Shown here: piece by piece, positions 13,650 to 28,957 of the stretch | Position numbering within the stretch: position 1 is the first letter of the stretch | Layout: every line of letters starts with the position of its first letter | Assembly: GCA_951406725.2 (NCBI GenBank) | Contig: OX597816.1 | Location: 92,876,001 to 92,940,000 of the forward strand | Direction of reading: 5' to 3' | Length of the DNA stretch: 64,000 nt | Source of the DNA: Octopus vulgaris | Lineage: Eukaryota | Translations under genes and position numbers: made by a program | The notes under the pieces: generated by a model | Databases searched by the model: none | Seen by the model: only the letters and a program-made list of their open reading frames with translations | Told to the model about the DNA's origin: nothing

Positions 13650-14795
13650 TATGTATTTCTGTGTCTGTGTTTGTCCCCCTACCACCACCATTGCTTGACA
13701 ACTGATATTGGTGTGTTTATGTCCCTGTAAATTAGCTGTTTGGCAAAAGGGACCAATGAAATAAGTACTAGGCTTACAAAGAATAAATCCTGGGGTCTAT
13801 TTGTTTGACTAAAGGCAGTGCTCCAGCATGGCCACAGTCAAAATGACTGAAACAAGTGAAAGAATAAAAGAGCATATATGTACACACACAAGCACACACA
13901 CACGCATGCACGCACACACACACACACACACACACATACACACACACACATACACACACACACATATATATATATGGTCCTTAAAAGAAAAAGATGTCAG
14001 CTATAATATCCATTGAAAGATCTTAGCCAAGTGTAAGCCTTATACCAACAGCAGTGGGAAGAATGGCCTTTGTGATATGGAAATATGGCTCTTCTGGAAA
14101 AGCAGCTTAGACCCCTCTACATGTCTAAATTCAAGAACTAAACTTTTGGGATAATGTCCACATATGGCTAAATATTTGTTACGTTTTTGGTCCCCACAAG
14201 ATCACAGATAGAATCTTAGAACCTGCTTTTTATATTGTGTCCACGTACAAGCATTTCATTTCTCATATATATATATTTTTATATTTTTACATATTTTTAT
14301 ATATTTTTTATATATTTTATTGCTTTATAATTTTTTTCTGTACATTACCTTTCACCTTGCATATTTGTGCATGTGCATATAGGGATATGTATATGAACAT
14401 AATTGTGCATGTATGGGTATATATATGTATGTGTGTGTGTGCATGTGTGTGGTACGTATATGTGTACATGTGTATGGATGCATATATATATGTATACATA
14501 TAGGTGTGTGTGTGGGTGTGTATGTATGTGTTTCACGTGAGTGTGAGTGAGCATATGCATATATGCACATGCATGCGGGGTGCATGCACATGTGTGTATG
14601 TATGTACATGTGCACATATGCAGATTCTATGAGTGTGGGTTTACCTTCTTCAAGTATTTTTACTTTCTCCCTATTCAGGTAATTCCCTGTATTTAACTGT
14701 TATTCTCATAGCTCTTTTGTTTATCTTAATAACGGTCATCTTCATAGTAATTTCCCTTTATTTAATAGTCCTTTTCATAGCATTTTTGTTTGTCT

Positions 14796-14858
14796 TAATA
14801 ACTGATGAGATGCTGGAGTAGAATTTCACCCTGACATCCAAAACTCAGAGTTTTATTA
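14796..14858 (+). ncRNA. Decayed type I hammerhead ribozyme in a microsatellite-flanked short element (~14625-14970)
   Basis: Stem I taataa/ttatta; core CTGATGA at 14802-14808; stem II gatg/catc; c-AAAA in place of c-GAAA (CpG decay); stem III actc-a-gagt followed by T. Confidence 0.6.
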
Positions 14859-15047
14859 TGGCAACTGACTAATTGTTACATATTATATTATACTCGTATT
14901 ATAGATAAATTCCTCTAGTTACATAATATTGAGGTCTCATTCATTCTTTTATTGTCATATTATTATTATTAATATATATATATATGCATATATATATACA
15001 CACACACACACATATATACAATGACATGATATATATATATTTATATA

Positions 15048-17147
<2,100 letters not shown>

Positions 17148-17272
17148 GTATATGTATATGTATATTGTGTGTGTGTGTTTATGTATGTATCTATGTATTG
17201 CTACTTGTTCCTACTTTTGTAAAATGTGTATAGCACTAAAAGAGTTAACTTATAAGAAAGAAACTGTTGGTT

Positions 17273-17304
<32 letters not shown>

Positions 17305-17353
17305 GGTGGTGGTGGTGGTGGTGGTGGCGGCGGCAGTGGCGGTGGCGGTGGTG
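17273..17353. repeat. Compound (TAG)n(GGT)n(GGC)n microsatellite
   Basis: Read directly from the sequence. Confidence 0.9.
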
Positions 17354-17507
17354 ATTGTGGAGACAGTGCTGCCAGTTTTTATGGTTGTGGTGGTAGAGGA
17401 CACAGTGTCAGTAGCATTTAGGTTCAGAATGGTGAATGGAGAAAGATACAGAGTGAGAGAAAGAGAGAGGGGAAAAGAGAGAAAGAGACAGAGAATAAAA
17501 GAGAGAA

Positions 17508-17635
17508 TTTCTGACGAAGAGCTCCGATCAAAACATGAAATCCTTCTTCTTTCTTTCTTTGCCTGAGCATCCAATAACACTGTACTTATTCCACATCCTT
17601 GCATTGTTGTGTTTTCTCTTTGTTCATGTTTGGAT

Positions 17636-17639
<4 letters not shown>
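17508..17639 (+). mobile_element. HHR-bearing short element, family A (5'-truncated, decayed core)
   Basis: tttCTGACGAagagctccgatcaaaacatgaaa...tttggattaac, then (TA)n; homologous to 60806-61011. Confidence 0.75.
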
Positions 17640-17684
<45 letters not shown>

Positions 17685-19065
17685 ATCTCCAGTCACCATT
17701 ATCAACACTGTCCCACTGTATGCTGTGTCTGAACCATGACAACCATAATATCTAACACTGCTTTCTCCATCATTACCACTTTCATAATAACCTCAACTGT
17801 TGTCTCCACCACCACTATCATAACATCAAACATTTCCTTGAGTATATAAATATTTATGTTTGTGTTGTTATGTTTTTGATGTAATGGACATCCACAAATG
17901 AGTATGAGTCTATCTATCTTTATAACTGTTATACATGCCAGCATGAGACACAAAGAGATTGCAGACTTATACACAAGTTACAAACTGGATTTGTTTTACG
18001 TGGCACGAAATCTAGGAAATTTTCTGGATTTCTAAATAATGATCTTTTGAAAATTTTAACAATTTCGGTATCCAAGCTTGAATTATATATGCCATAATGC
18101 ACAAAAAGTTCTTTCTTTTTATATCACTTTTTATAAATGTTTTCAATTAATTCTTAATTTATTTGGCAGTAATCATGCATTATATATTGTACATTCATAT
18201 AACTCAACTGCTTTGTCATTTATATATTTTAATACATAATGCAGAACAGAAAAGTATTAAGGTACAATGTCAGGTAAAAACCTCTTTCCTGTCAATAAAG
18301 CATATTATAAATACCACGGAGCAAATCTTATTTCAATTATTACCAAACTAATGAGTAGTTAATAATCAAATAAATGAAGTAATGGATTAATTGTCTGTTT
18401 TGTGTCATTCTCTCTCTAGTCAATTTGGGACGTACATTACTTTGATATGCACACACATGTATGTGTGTGTGCATAAGTGTATGAGTATGTGTTCTTGTAT
18501 AATCATTTTGACATCATGCATTAATTGAAAACAAATGTCACCATCATAAAGACAAAGACAGTGTCAGTTGTTCGCAATCTTCCAGGAAAACATGTTCAGC
18601 CACTGAGCAGTTAGCTTTTGAAGAGAGATAACTATGATGGCATGGTCTGTAATGTGTATGAATGATGACAGATGAGTAAAAAATGTTTCAAGTGAACCAT
18701 GTGACACAACAATGAAAAAGTAAAGCCTGAGCAGAAATGTTGAAAGCTGATCTCAGGATAATAAACATCACAAAGGAGATGACATACCACAAGCAATGGA
18801 GGGACACTGTATCACAAGCAAGGGAAAATGGATGTAAAATTATAATGATTATGATGATGAAGAGGATACGATCAATGCCAACTTTTATTTCCATGCAAAG
18901 GCTTTAAGCTAATATCCAAATATTTGGATTTGGCAAATTCTGGCTGACTTTTACTACAGTTGTAGTATGAAACTGTTCACAAGTGTGTATTGAGCACTTT
19001 GTGGTTGTATGTGAAAAAATAGAAAAAGGATTTTCTGACCATATTCTTTGTAGCATCTTATATTT

Positions 19066-19497
19066 TATACTTGTTTTAGTCATTAGACTGTGGCCATCTT
19101 GGGGTGCCACCTTGAACAATTTTAGTCGCACAAATTGACCCCAGCACTTATTTTCCCTTTTTTTGTTTTTGAAGCCTGGTACTTATTTTGTCAGTACCTT
19201 TTACTGAACTGCTATGTTACGAGGACATAAATGCAGTTGGTGGTGGAGGTCAAACACAGACACAAAGACACGCACACATTGACATACATACATACACACA
19301 TGCATACATACATACATACACACATACATATATGATGGACTTCTTTCAGTTTCTGTCGACCAAATCCACTCACAAAGCTTTATTCAGCCTGAGGCTATAG
19401 TAGAAGATATTTGGACACTTGCTAAATGTGCCATGCAATAGGACTGAACTCAGAACCATGTGGTTGGAGAAGCAAACTTCTTACCACATAGCGCCTA
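19066..19497 (-). mobile_element. CORE-like SINE
   Basis: Reverse-strand match to 26391-26805. Confidence 0.75.
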
Positions 19498-19576
19498 TGC
19501 TTATATATTATCTCATAAAATCAGCTTCACAGCTTCAAAATATCAGTCTGTGAAAATACAGATGCAATTAAATAAA

Positions 19577-19624
<48 letters not shown>

Positions 19625-19627
<3 letters not shown>

Positions 19628-20696
19628 TCATCATCATCATCATCATCGTTTAACGTCCATTCTCCATGCTAGCATGGGTTGGACGGTTCGACCGGGGATC
19701 TGGGAAGCCAGAAGGCTGCACCAGGCTCCAGTCTTATCTGGCAATGTTTCTACAGCTGGATGCCCTTCCTAACGCCAACCACTCCGTGAGTGTAGTGGGT
19801 GCTTTTTATGTGCCACCCACACAGGTGCCAGGCGAGGCTGGCAACGGCCACGGTCGGATTGGTGCATTTTACATGCCACCGGCACGGAAGCCAGTCGAGG
19901 CGGCACTGGCTTCGGCCACGATTCGGATGGTGCTTTTTACGTGCCACCGGCACGGAAGCCAGTCGAGGCAGCGCTGGCATCGGCCACGATTCAGATAGTG
20001 CTTTTTACATATCACCAGTCCAGGGGTCCTGGTATCTGCCGGGTGCCAGTCATAGGATTGGTTCAATTTCGATTCCGATTTCGATTTCACTTGCCCCAAC
20101 AGGTCTTCGCAAGCAAAGGCATGGGTGCCTGTCGTCGGATGAGGTTCGATATCGACTTCGCTTGCCTCAACAGGTCTTTGTGTGTCCAAGGGAGGAAAGG
20201 CATGCATAAGTGGGCTGGACTCACTTGTCCTGCCTGGTCTTCTCAAGTACAGCATATTTCCAAAGGTCTCGGTCGCTGGTCATTTCCTCAGTGAGGCCTA
20301 AAGTTCGAAGGTTGTGCTTCATCACCTCATCCCAGGTTTTCCTGGGTCTACCTCTTCCATGAATTCCCTCAACTGCTAGGGATTGGCACTTTTTCACACA
20401 CCTATCTTCATCCATTCTCGCCACATGACCATACCAGCGCAATCGGCTTTCTTGCACACCACAACTGATGCTTCTTAGGTACCACATTTCTCTCAAGGTA
20501 CTAACGCTCTGTCGAGTATGTACACTGACATTACACATCCATCGGAGCATACTGGCTTCATTCCTCGCGAGCTTACACATGTCCTCAGCAGTCACGGACC
20601 ATGTTTCACTGCCATGTAGCATGGCTGTTCGTACACATGCATCATACAGTCTGCCTTTTACTCTGAGTGAGAGGCCTTAGTCACCAGCAGAGGTAA

Positions 20697-20697
<1 letters not shown>
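19625..20697 (-). mobile_element. 5'-truncated RTE-clade LINE: ORF C-terminus, 3'UTR and (GAT)n tail, inserted in (TA)n
   Basis: ORF 20221-20622 reads MLHGSETW...EASMLRWMC...RLRWYGHVARM...GRGRPRKTW, the typical RTE C-terminus. (TA)n on both sides. Confidence 0.92.
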
Positions 20698-20729
<32 letters not shown>

Positions 20730-21185
20730 GGCCATCCAATCGTGACAGAGGAAGACTATTGCTGACCTTCAGGAACATTGTATACTGTAGGACTAACTTA
20801 TATTTTGCATTTGTGGCTCCATTGGTGCCTAAAGAGCCCTGCTCTTGACAAGCATACATGACTGCAAACATTGCAAACCAAGCTTTTCCTATTCACTACA
20901 CCAGCAGTGTGCTTTCAAGCAGTATGCTTAAATTCTTCATGCAGAATACATGCTCTCTCAAAGGTGTCAATCCCCTTCTTAACCTGCCTCCTGCATTTGT
21001 TGTGATGACAGGCATTGCTCTCCCAGTCGGTCTCCTGCATATCACAGGCCTTTAATAAGGACTTGACACAGTCCTTAAATCACAGACTTGGTTTCTGCTG
21101 GGGTCTCTTTCCATTAACAAGTTCCCCATATAGCATCTGTTTAAGGATCTTGCTATCCTGCATTCTTATAAAGTGTCTAATCCCT
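20730..21185 (-). mobile_element. Second RTE-type LINE C-terminal fragment
   Basis: Minus frame HFIRMQDSKILKQMLYGELVNGKRPQQKPSL*FKDCVK, resembling PKQLLYGEL..GKR..G.PK.RYKD. Confidence 0.7.
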
Positions 21186-21297
21186 GGAGGGTATATCAGC
21201 TAAAATGTGTTAACAAGATGAGGACAAATACCTGTCAAATGTAAATAATGTAAATGATGCTCAAAATATCAGTCTGTGAAAATGCAGATGCAGCTAA

Positions 21298-21331
<34 letters not shown>

Positions 21332-21619
21332 TGAAAACTCCTCACAGCCTTGGCTTTGTTATCACATTTTATGTAATATATATATACATACAAAAACACA
21401 CATTCATACATATGAAATAAACAAATATGTATATTGTTTTTTGTATATATTACATGCATTATATTACACACAATTAATAATAATAATAAATGGTGGCTTG
21501 GAAGAGGAGAGGTAAATATATAGGCAACTTTTAGCCTTCTGAAAAAACAAAACTAGGCCTGTGCCTCCAACTGGAGATATATAATCAGCCTTGACTAACA
21601 GTAGACCCAGAATAATGTG

Positions 21620-21650
<31 letters not shown>

Positions 21651-22465
21651 CATGTTAGTATGCATGATGTATGGTATATTAACTTAACATATAGATATGC
21701 TATATTCTTTATATAATCTATACTTTACACAAAACCAATATTTGCATTGAAATCCAGACACAAACTTTTAATGTATTTAGCTTAAAAATTACCTTTGAAG
21801 ATGCCTCTTTGGTTAAAGCTCAATATGAGATTCTTAACTGATGGATATATTTGTAATTTAATAATAGTAATTTAAATTAACAATAGTAGAATGATTTTTG
21901 TTTTGAGTCATAAAAACATGGAGATCTGACCTGACAAAAAACGAAATTTTAAAATGATAGATAGGTAGGTATATTTAAAATGAATTTTCACAAATCATTT
22001 CATAGTTTCATTAGGGAGTTTTGTAAAATAAAAATACATATATATATTATTTTGTTAGTTAATATTTTTGTAAAAAATCAAAAAAGATATCTATGTTATG
22101 CGCAGAATATTTGTTTACTCTCCATACATTTGACAAACACATTCTAAATACTATGTAGATTTGATAAATTCTATGAAATAAATTTACCAATGTGAAAACT
22201 AATAATACCATCCCAGATATTAAAAATGTATTCAATTTCCTATCAGAAAGTCTAGCTCTTATCCAAATGCAAGAATCAAAAGCAAACAAGAGCAAAACTG
22301 TATACATCAAGTATGGCTGTATGGTTAATAATTTTGCTTTGAAAACACCTAGTTCCAGGTCTGATTCAATTGTGTAGCAACTTGGATAGGGGAACTCTAC
22401 CTTTGTTTTAAGTTGCCCAATGCTTCTTAAATGGAATCTGATAGACAGAAACATACATACATTAA

Positions 22466-22701
22466 GGTGGTGAGCTGGCAGAATCGTTAGCATGCTGGAT
22501 GAAATGCTTAGCAGTATTTCGTCTGCCATTATGTTCTGAGTTCAAATTCCACCGAGGTCGACTTTGCCTTTCATCCTTTCGGGGTCGATTAAATAAGTAC
22601 CAGTTATGCACTGGGGTCGATATAATTGACTTAATCAATTTGTTTGTCCTTGTTTGTCCCCTCTATGTTTAGCCCCTTGTGGGCAATAAAGAAATAAGAA
22701 A
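22466..22701 (+). mobile_element. tRNA-derived SINE with MetaSINE-like central domain (young copy)
   Basis: A-box-like tggcagaatcg and B-box gagttcaaatt; gtcgactttgcctttcatcctttcggggtcgattaaataagtaccag; A-rich tail; sits in (CATA)n. Confidence 0.8.
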
Positions 22702-23451
22702 CATACATACGTTCGTACATACTTATGTACATACATACACACACATACATACATACATACATACATAGACAAAAAGAAATCGACTGGCTAATTTGTACAT
22801 TACAAGTGCAATCTGAAAGTGGAACAGTAAAAATATGCAAGACTTTTCTCAAGTTCCAAATGTGAATTTTTCTGTATTAACTACATCCCAAAGATGGAAC
22901 CTTGTATCTTTGTTGGACACTGGCTCCCTCCTCAGTGGAAGATTTATAATAATTAAAAAATAAAAGAGACATAGATAATATACATGGTGTAAGACAGCTT
23001 GCAACCAAATAAGACTATGTTTTAAACTTAGTAAGTTTGTAGAAACATTCTGAGAGTTCAAGAAATTCCTGTGTATTCATTTATTTTGAGTAGGTAAAGA
23101 GTCATGCAACAATGAACTCACTTTCCAGTACAATCAGCTACAAAACAAGTGACACAGAAGAGGCTGAGACAACTAGAAACCAGCTGCAATTCAAGTTTTT
23201 AATACAAGCTTCCCTTCTCCTAGAAAGAAATCTTAACAAGAACTAGTGCTTGTTTATTCCCAGTCATTCACATGCTAGTTACCCATAGCTGGGACCCTTA
23301 CAGGTGCTTCAACTCCAGGTCAGAGTAGACTTGGGAACAACAGTGGTTAAAATGTGGTTCCACACTTCTCAATACCCTGGAACTCACATACTGAGTCCTT
23401 ACTACTGGATGCTGTTTAAAGTCATAACCAGGACAACATACATACATACAA

Positions 23452-23730
23452 GTGGAGGCACATGGCCTAGTGGTTAGAGCAGCGGACTCACGGTCGAGGG
23501 ATTGCGGGTTCGAATCTCAGACTGAGCGATGTGTGTGTTTATGAGCGAAACACTTCCAGCAAAAGGTAATGGCGAACTTCTGCTGACTCTTGCCACAACT
23601 TTCTCTCACTCTTTCCTCCTGCATCTTGCAGCTCACCTGTGACAGACTGGCATCCTGTCCAGGTGGGGAACCTATATGTCAAGAAAACCAGGAAACCAGC
23701 CCTATGAGCCAGGCATGCTCAAGAAGAAAC
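23452..23730 (+). mobile_element. tRNA-derived SINE
   Basis: Pol III A box tggcctagtgg and B box ggttcgaatc, followed by a non-tRNA body; flanked by (CATA)n. Confidence 0.8.
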
Positions 23731-25508
23731 AATATACATACGTACATACATACAAATAAATACAGGAGAAAGAGGACTTCTGTGGACAATTGATAAGGAG
23801 TTGGTAAATCAAGTTCCCAAGATACACTTTCACCTTCATACTCACTTGCGTAGCTAGAGTGTGTGCTGTTCAGGTGGCCCTTCCATTTGCCACCCCTGGA
23901 CCCCACAAAAAACATATAATGCCTACAGCAGACCCAAAAGTGCTGCCCCTTTAAAAGTGCCCCTACACCCCCCTGTCCCCTAGCTATGCTAGTATTCATG
24001 CATATTATTATTGGAGCTACAGGGTATATACCAACCCATCTGGAGCAAAGTATGGCTGAGCTTCGATTCTTGGGGAGAGAATGCAAACCTTTAATTCATA
24101 TGCTAGAAATGATCACAATATCTGAGACTATAAAAATCTGCAAGACCGTCTTAAGATTTAAAGGATGATGTTTAAAACAAGATATTTTCTTTCTCAACCT
24201 CGCTACCAAATAGATGGCTGGTCAAAATTAAAAAGAGAAAGAGAAGATACATACATACATACATACATACATACATACATACATACATACATGCATGTGT
24301 AAATACACACACAAACTTCTTCATAACACAGCCACACCTGAGCTTATTATATGCACATAAATGTACACATATAAATATTCACATACATATGCACATGTAA
24401 ATATATAAATGTTGATATTCATCCTCAAAAATACTAACAGACTGGATAACACAAAAACTAATACTACCTATTTTTCGTTGTAGAACTTAGTTCTCTTTCT
24501 CTAAACAGCACTTGCAAGACTAATTGAAACCCTACTGTAAGAATTTTCTGGAAGAGCTACTGCTTCTAGCAGCAGCTTAGATGCTCTACTTGGCTATGAA
24601 TGTGTGATTCCAAAGTTTCAGATCTGTAATTTAGTTTACAAATAGTATTATAGAAGGCATATATAAACTATATAGTAATCATTAAGCCATGATATTGAAA
24701 ACATTTAAAGTAACATAATGGTGTATCATCTTGAAACAAAAAACAACAGGCATTATAAAAAGTAAAAAGAACAAATAATATAGATTATTAGTAATGGACA
24801 TTTGGACATTCAAGAGATGAAACTATGAAATGTCAGAACCCTGAACCAAAGAGTATATTAATTTTAATTTCTAACAACTTCAAAGAAACATGAAAAAACT
24901 ATAGATTTTTATTTCTATTTTTTGTTCGGCATTTGTATTTCCATTCATATTGGAGACTATATATATGCAATCAATCTCCATGTACATTTGAACATGTATG
25001 AATATATATGCACATATATGTGCTAATGTATGTATACATATGTGTGTTATTACTGCTGTTCTTTAGCTCATTCAGCTGACCTATGATCAAGGGTAATCCA
25101 TTTTTGATCATAGGTCTATATCCAGGATTGTATTGTGCAATTTATACTTCACAGTTGTAGGATTGTATGGTATAATTTCAAGATATTTGACTATAATTTC
25201 CTGCAGGCTGCATGACCAGATGGAGACTTCTAATGACGATATCAGGACAATTTCACTTCTTTATCTTTCTTTTTTTTTTTTTCTGTTCTCTCCTTTTAGG
25301 GATCATGAAAACTATTTCAGTCACTATTTCTGAATTATGTATTATTTTTTTTATTATTTCACTGGTTTCAGTCTGTAGTCATGCTGGGTCACTACCTACC
25401 CAGAACTGTAGTTGCTTATATCAACCTCTGTAGTTGATCTGATACTTACTTTATCAATCATATAAAGTGAGATCAACCTGGACATAAAGGCATGAAAATC
25501 ATACAGGT

Positions 25509-26012
25509 ACAGGCATGGCTGCGTAGTTAAGATCATTTTGCAACCACACGGTTTGGAATTCAGTCACACAACATGGGACTTTGGGCAACTATCTTATATT
25601 ATAGACATAAGTTCACCAATCTCTAGTGAGTGAATTTGGTGGGCAGAAAGTGCAGGCAACTCCTTATATATAAGTGTGTGTGTGCATGCACACTTGTATG
25701 CACGTGCGCACATGTGTTTGTATTTGAGCATGTGAGAATGTGTGTGTATGCATGTGTGTGTATGCATTATGTGTATGCATGTGTGAGTGTGTGTATATGT
25801 GTGTGTGTGCTCGTGCCTAACTTAGTGTTGTCCCCAACCACCACTTGACAACTGGTGTTTGTTTGTGCTCCCATAACTAATAAATTAAGCAAAGGACTGA
25901 CAGAATAAGTACCAAACTCAAAACAATAAGTACTGGGACCAATTTGATCGACTAGACACCCAAAGATGGGGCACCGGCATGAGTACAGTTTAATGACAGA
26001 AACGAGTCAAAG
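25509..26012 (+). mobile_element. Degenerate CORE-like SINE
   Basis: Colinear with 26391-26805. Confidence 0.65.
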
Positions 26013-26123
26013 AAAATATGAGTATATCAGAAGCTACTTTTGTTTGATGTGCCAATTTGGAGGAGCAATCCAATTTTCTAAAAAAATCTGTCTTAAAGCA
26101 GCACATCATTACGATTTCTTCAT

Positions 26124-26340
26124 TATTGGTTTCAGATTTTGACACAAGGCCAGAAATTTTGAGTGAATGGGTCAGTCAATTATATTGACTCCAGTGCTCA
26201 GCTGGTACTTATTTTATCAACACTGGATTAATGAAAGGCAAAGTCGATTTCAGTGGTATTTGAACTTAGAACATAAAGACAGATGAAATGCCGCTAACCA
26301 TTTTGTCTGGCATGCAAATGATTGTGCCAACTCACTGCCT
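26124..26340 (-). mobile_element. MetaSINE-like SINE
   Basis: Reverse match to 22466-22640. Confidence 0.65.
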
Positions 26341-26390
26341 TGATTTCTTCATTGCTAACTTGATATTTTGATAGTTTTGCTAGTTTCATT

Positions 26391-26805
26391 AGGTGCAGGA
26401 GTGGCTGTGTGGTAAGTAGCTTGCTTACAAACCACATGGTTCCAGGTTCAGTCCCACTGCGTGGCACCTTGGGCAAGTGTCTTCTACAATAACCTCGGGC
26501 CGACCAAAGCCTTGTGAGGGGATTTGGTAGACAGAAACTGAAAGAAGCCCATCGTGTGTATATATATATATATATGTATTTGAGTGTGTATATGTTTGTG
26601 TGTCTGTGTTTGTCCCCTCCAGCATCATTTGACAACCGATGCTGGTGTGTTTACATCCCTGTAATTTAGCAGTTTGGCAAAAAGAGACTAATAAAATAAG
26701 TACTATGCTTACAAAGAATAAGTCTTGGAGTCAATTTCATCAACTAAAGGCAGTGCTCCAGCATGGCCACAGTCAAATGACGGAAACAAGTAAAAGAGTA
26801 AAAGA
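26391..26805 (+). mobile_element. Full-length CORE-like SINE (best copy)
   Basis: tggctgtgtggtaag A box, ggttcagtccc B box, ccttgggcaagtg CORE-like motif, internal (TA)/(TG) tract, tail gaaacaagtaaaagagtaaaag. Confidence 0.85.
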
Positions 26806-27626
26806 ACCTGTTTTGTTAGTTTCCTTGTTATTTATTGCTTTTCCAGGGGTGAAAGCTTTTTAGATGCTTTGAGATGAGACAGAGGAAGTGAGTAAGTAAT
26901 CCTTAAACAGAACATCAAACCTAAATGTTCATGATAAATTTTACTCCACTGAAAACACCTGAAGGCCAGGTGTTTGTATTCAAATAGGTAATGATATAAA
27001 TCTACCTTCTAAGAACTCATATGCTTCCACACAGTTTTTCATCTAGCCAATTTTACTCACAAGGCTTTGGTTGAGCTGCTCTTGTGATAGAAGTTCTAGC
27101 TCCCACACAGTAAGATTAAACCTGAAACCATGTAACTGTAGAGTAAACTTCTTTAGAACATAGTCATGATGTCCAATACCCATTGAATTTGTTGGTTGGT
27201 TGGATTGACATTTCGCTTTGACTGTTGACTTATTAAATTATCATAGCATAACTGAAAAGAAAATAGCTACTAGAAACCCAAAGTTCCATTTCCTCTTAGA
27301 TTTTTGATTCTGTAAACTTTGATATCTGAATGTATCAGTCTGTGTGCATGTGCGTGTGTGTGTGTGTGTGTGTGTGAAAGTGGTAGAGGAAGAAAGAATA
27401 TTCACTCATAATTAGATAGCAGCAAACATATCTATAGCTTTGGTTATATCTCATTGGAATTTGCTATATTTATTTTATTAATATATCAGTGTAAAGCTTT
27501 GTGAGTTCACACACACACACACACATATGTATGTATATGAATATATGTGTACATACACTGACACATGTATATATGTATATGTATATGAATATGTATACAA
27601 GCATATTTATATATGTGCATATGTCT

Positions 27627-27658
<32 letters not shown>

Positions 27659-28402
27659 ATTGTGTGTGAATCTTTATCATTTTATACAGGTGCAGCATAT
27701 TCATATAAACATACCTTATATCTTGAAATCCAACTACGAGTCATAAAATGTAACACATATTTTAGTTCTGCTTATTTGTCTAACAAATATATGTGGAACA
27801 TAAAAGAGGTATGCTATTTCAGCCTGCTAAACACATATATGCTTTTTCTGATATCACTGATGCTGCAACTTCATTCATGGAACTGCCAAAGGAGCATATC
27901 TTCTTTCTGTTCAAATCATCTATAGTTACAGGAATATTCCACCCCTTCCCCACGAACCATTTGGCTGTCGAATCCTTTTTGAATATGATTTTATTGCATG
28001 TAGCTAACATCCATATCTTTTGCTGAAACCACAAGAAGAATCTAGTTCAGTTTTAAAAAATAGTGAAATTATATGTCGTATTGGATGCACAATTAGGAAT
28101 TAGATTGTGCATTCAAATTTTGAACCAGCCAGCTGTTTTGCCCTTGAGCAAAATACTTCATTTCATGTTGCTTCAGTTCACTCAGATGAAAATAAGTACC
28201 AGTTACAAGTGGGGTGCTGGTGGCATAACTAAGCAACTGATTGGTGTCCCATTCAGGAAAGAGTTTTTTACTCTCCATTAAATGCTACAGAATGTGAGGC
28301 AAGCTCTGGGCTGATGGGCCTGTAGTCAAACCAGCAAAGTATTTCAAAATTATGCATACATATTTATATACACATGCTTACAAAATGCATATATATATAT
28401 AT

Positions 28403-28603
28403 GTGACCTCGTGAGTACCACTGGCGATTTTTTTTCCTCTGTCTTCCCTTCTTGGGATCTTTCCTTCTCCTATGTTTCCGACGAAGAGCTCCGCTCAAAA
28501 CATTAAACCCTCCTTCTTCCCTTCTTTCCTGAGCGTCTAATACTACTTTATTTGTTCCACATCCTTGCGTTATTGTTTTTTTGTTTTCTTGTTTGGATTA
28601 ACT
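28403..28603 (+). mobile_element. HHR-bearing short element, family A (full length, decayed core)
   Basis: gtgacc...gtttCCGACGAagagctccgctcaaaacattaaaccc...tttggattaac between (TA)n tracts. Confidence 0.8.
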
Positions 28604-28620
28604 TTATATATATATATATG

Positions 28621-28662
<42 letters not shown>

Positions 28663-28957
28663 CACACTGAGCAAGGTATTGTGAGGTATAAACAGTAGTG
28701 AAGTATATTTGCCACTTAAATGTGGATAACCCCTAAGGGTAGATGCTACTGTAGCTTGTAGCCCCAGGAGGACACCTCCTCCAGCTGGCTATTGACACAA
28801 TTTCTGTGCCCTATCAGTATTTTCAAAGGGAAGTCAGCCTTGTCATCTTCAACCTGTATGATTCACACAGACTCGAGTTTCTGGGTATTGACCCATGATC
28901 AGCATGTGACAATCACTGGTTGTCGATGAAAAGTAGGTTCCCTCAGCAAATAAATAT

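Noticed and set aside
23452-23530. tRNA gene
   Set aside because: A and B boxes are present, but there is no good acceptor stem and it runs into a SINE body with related copies elsewhere.
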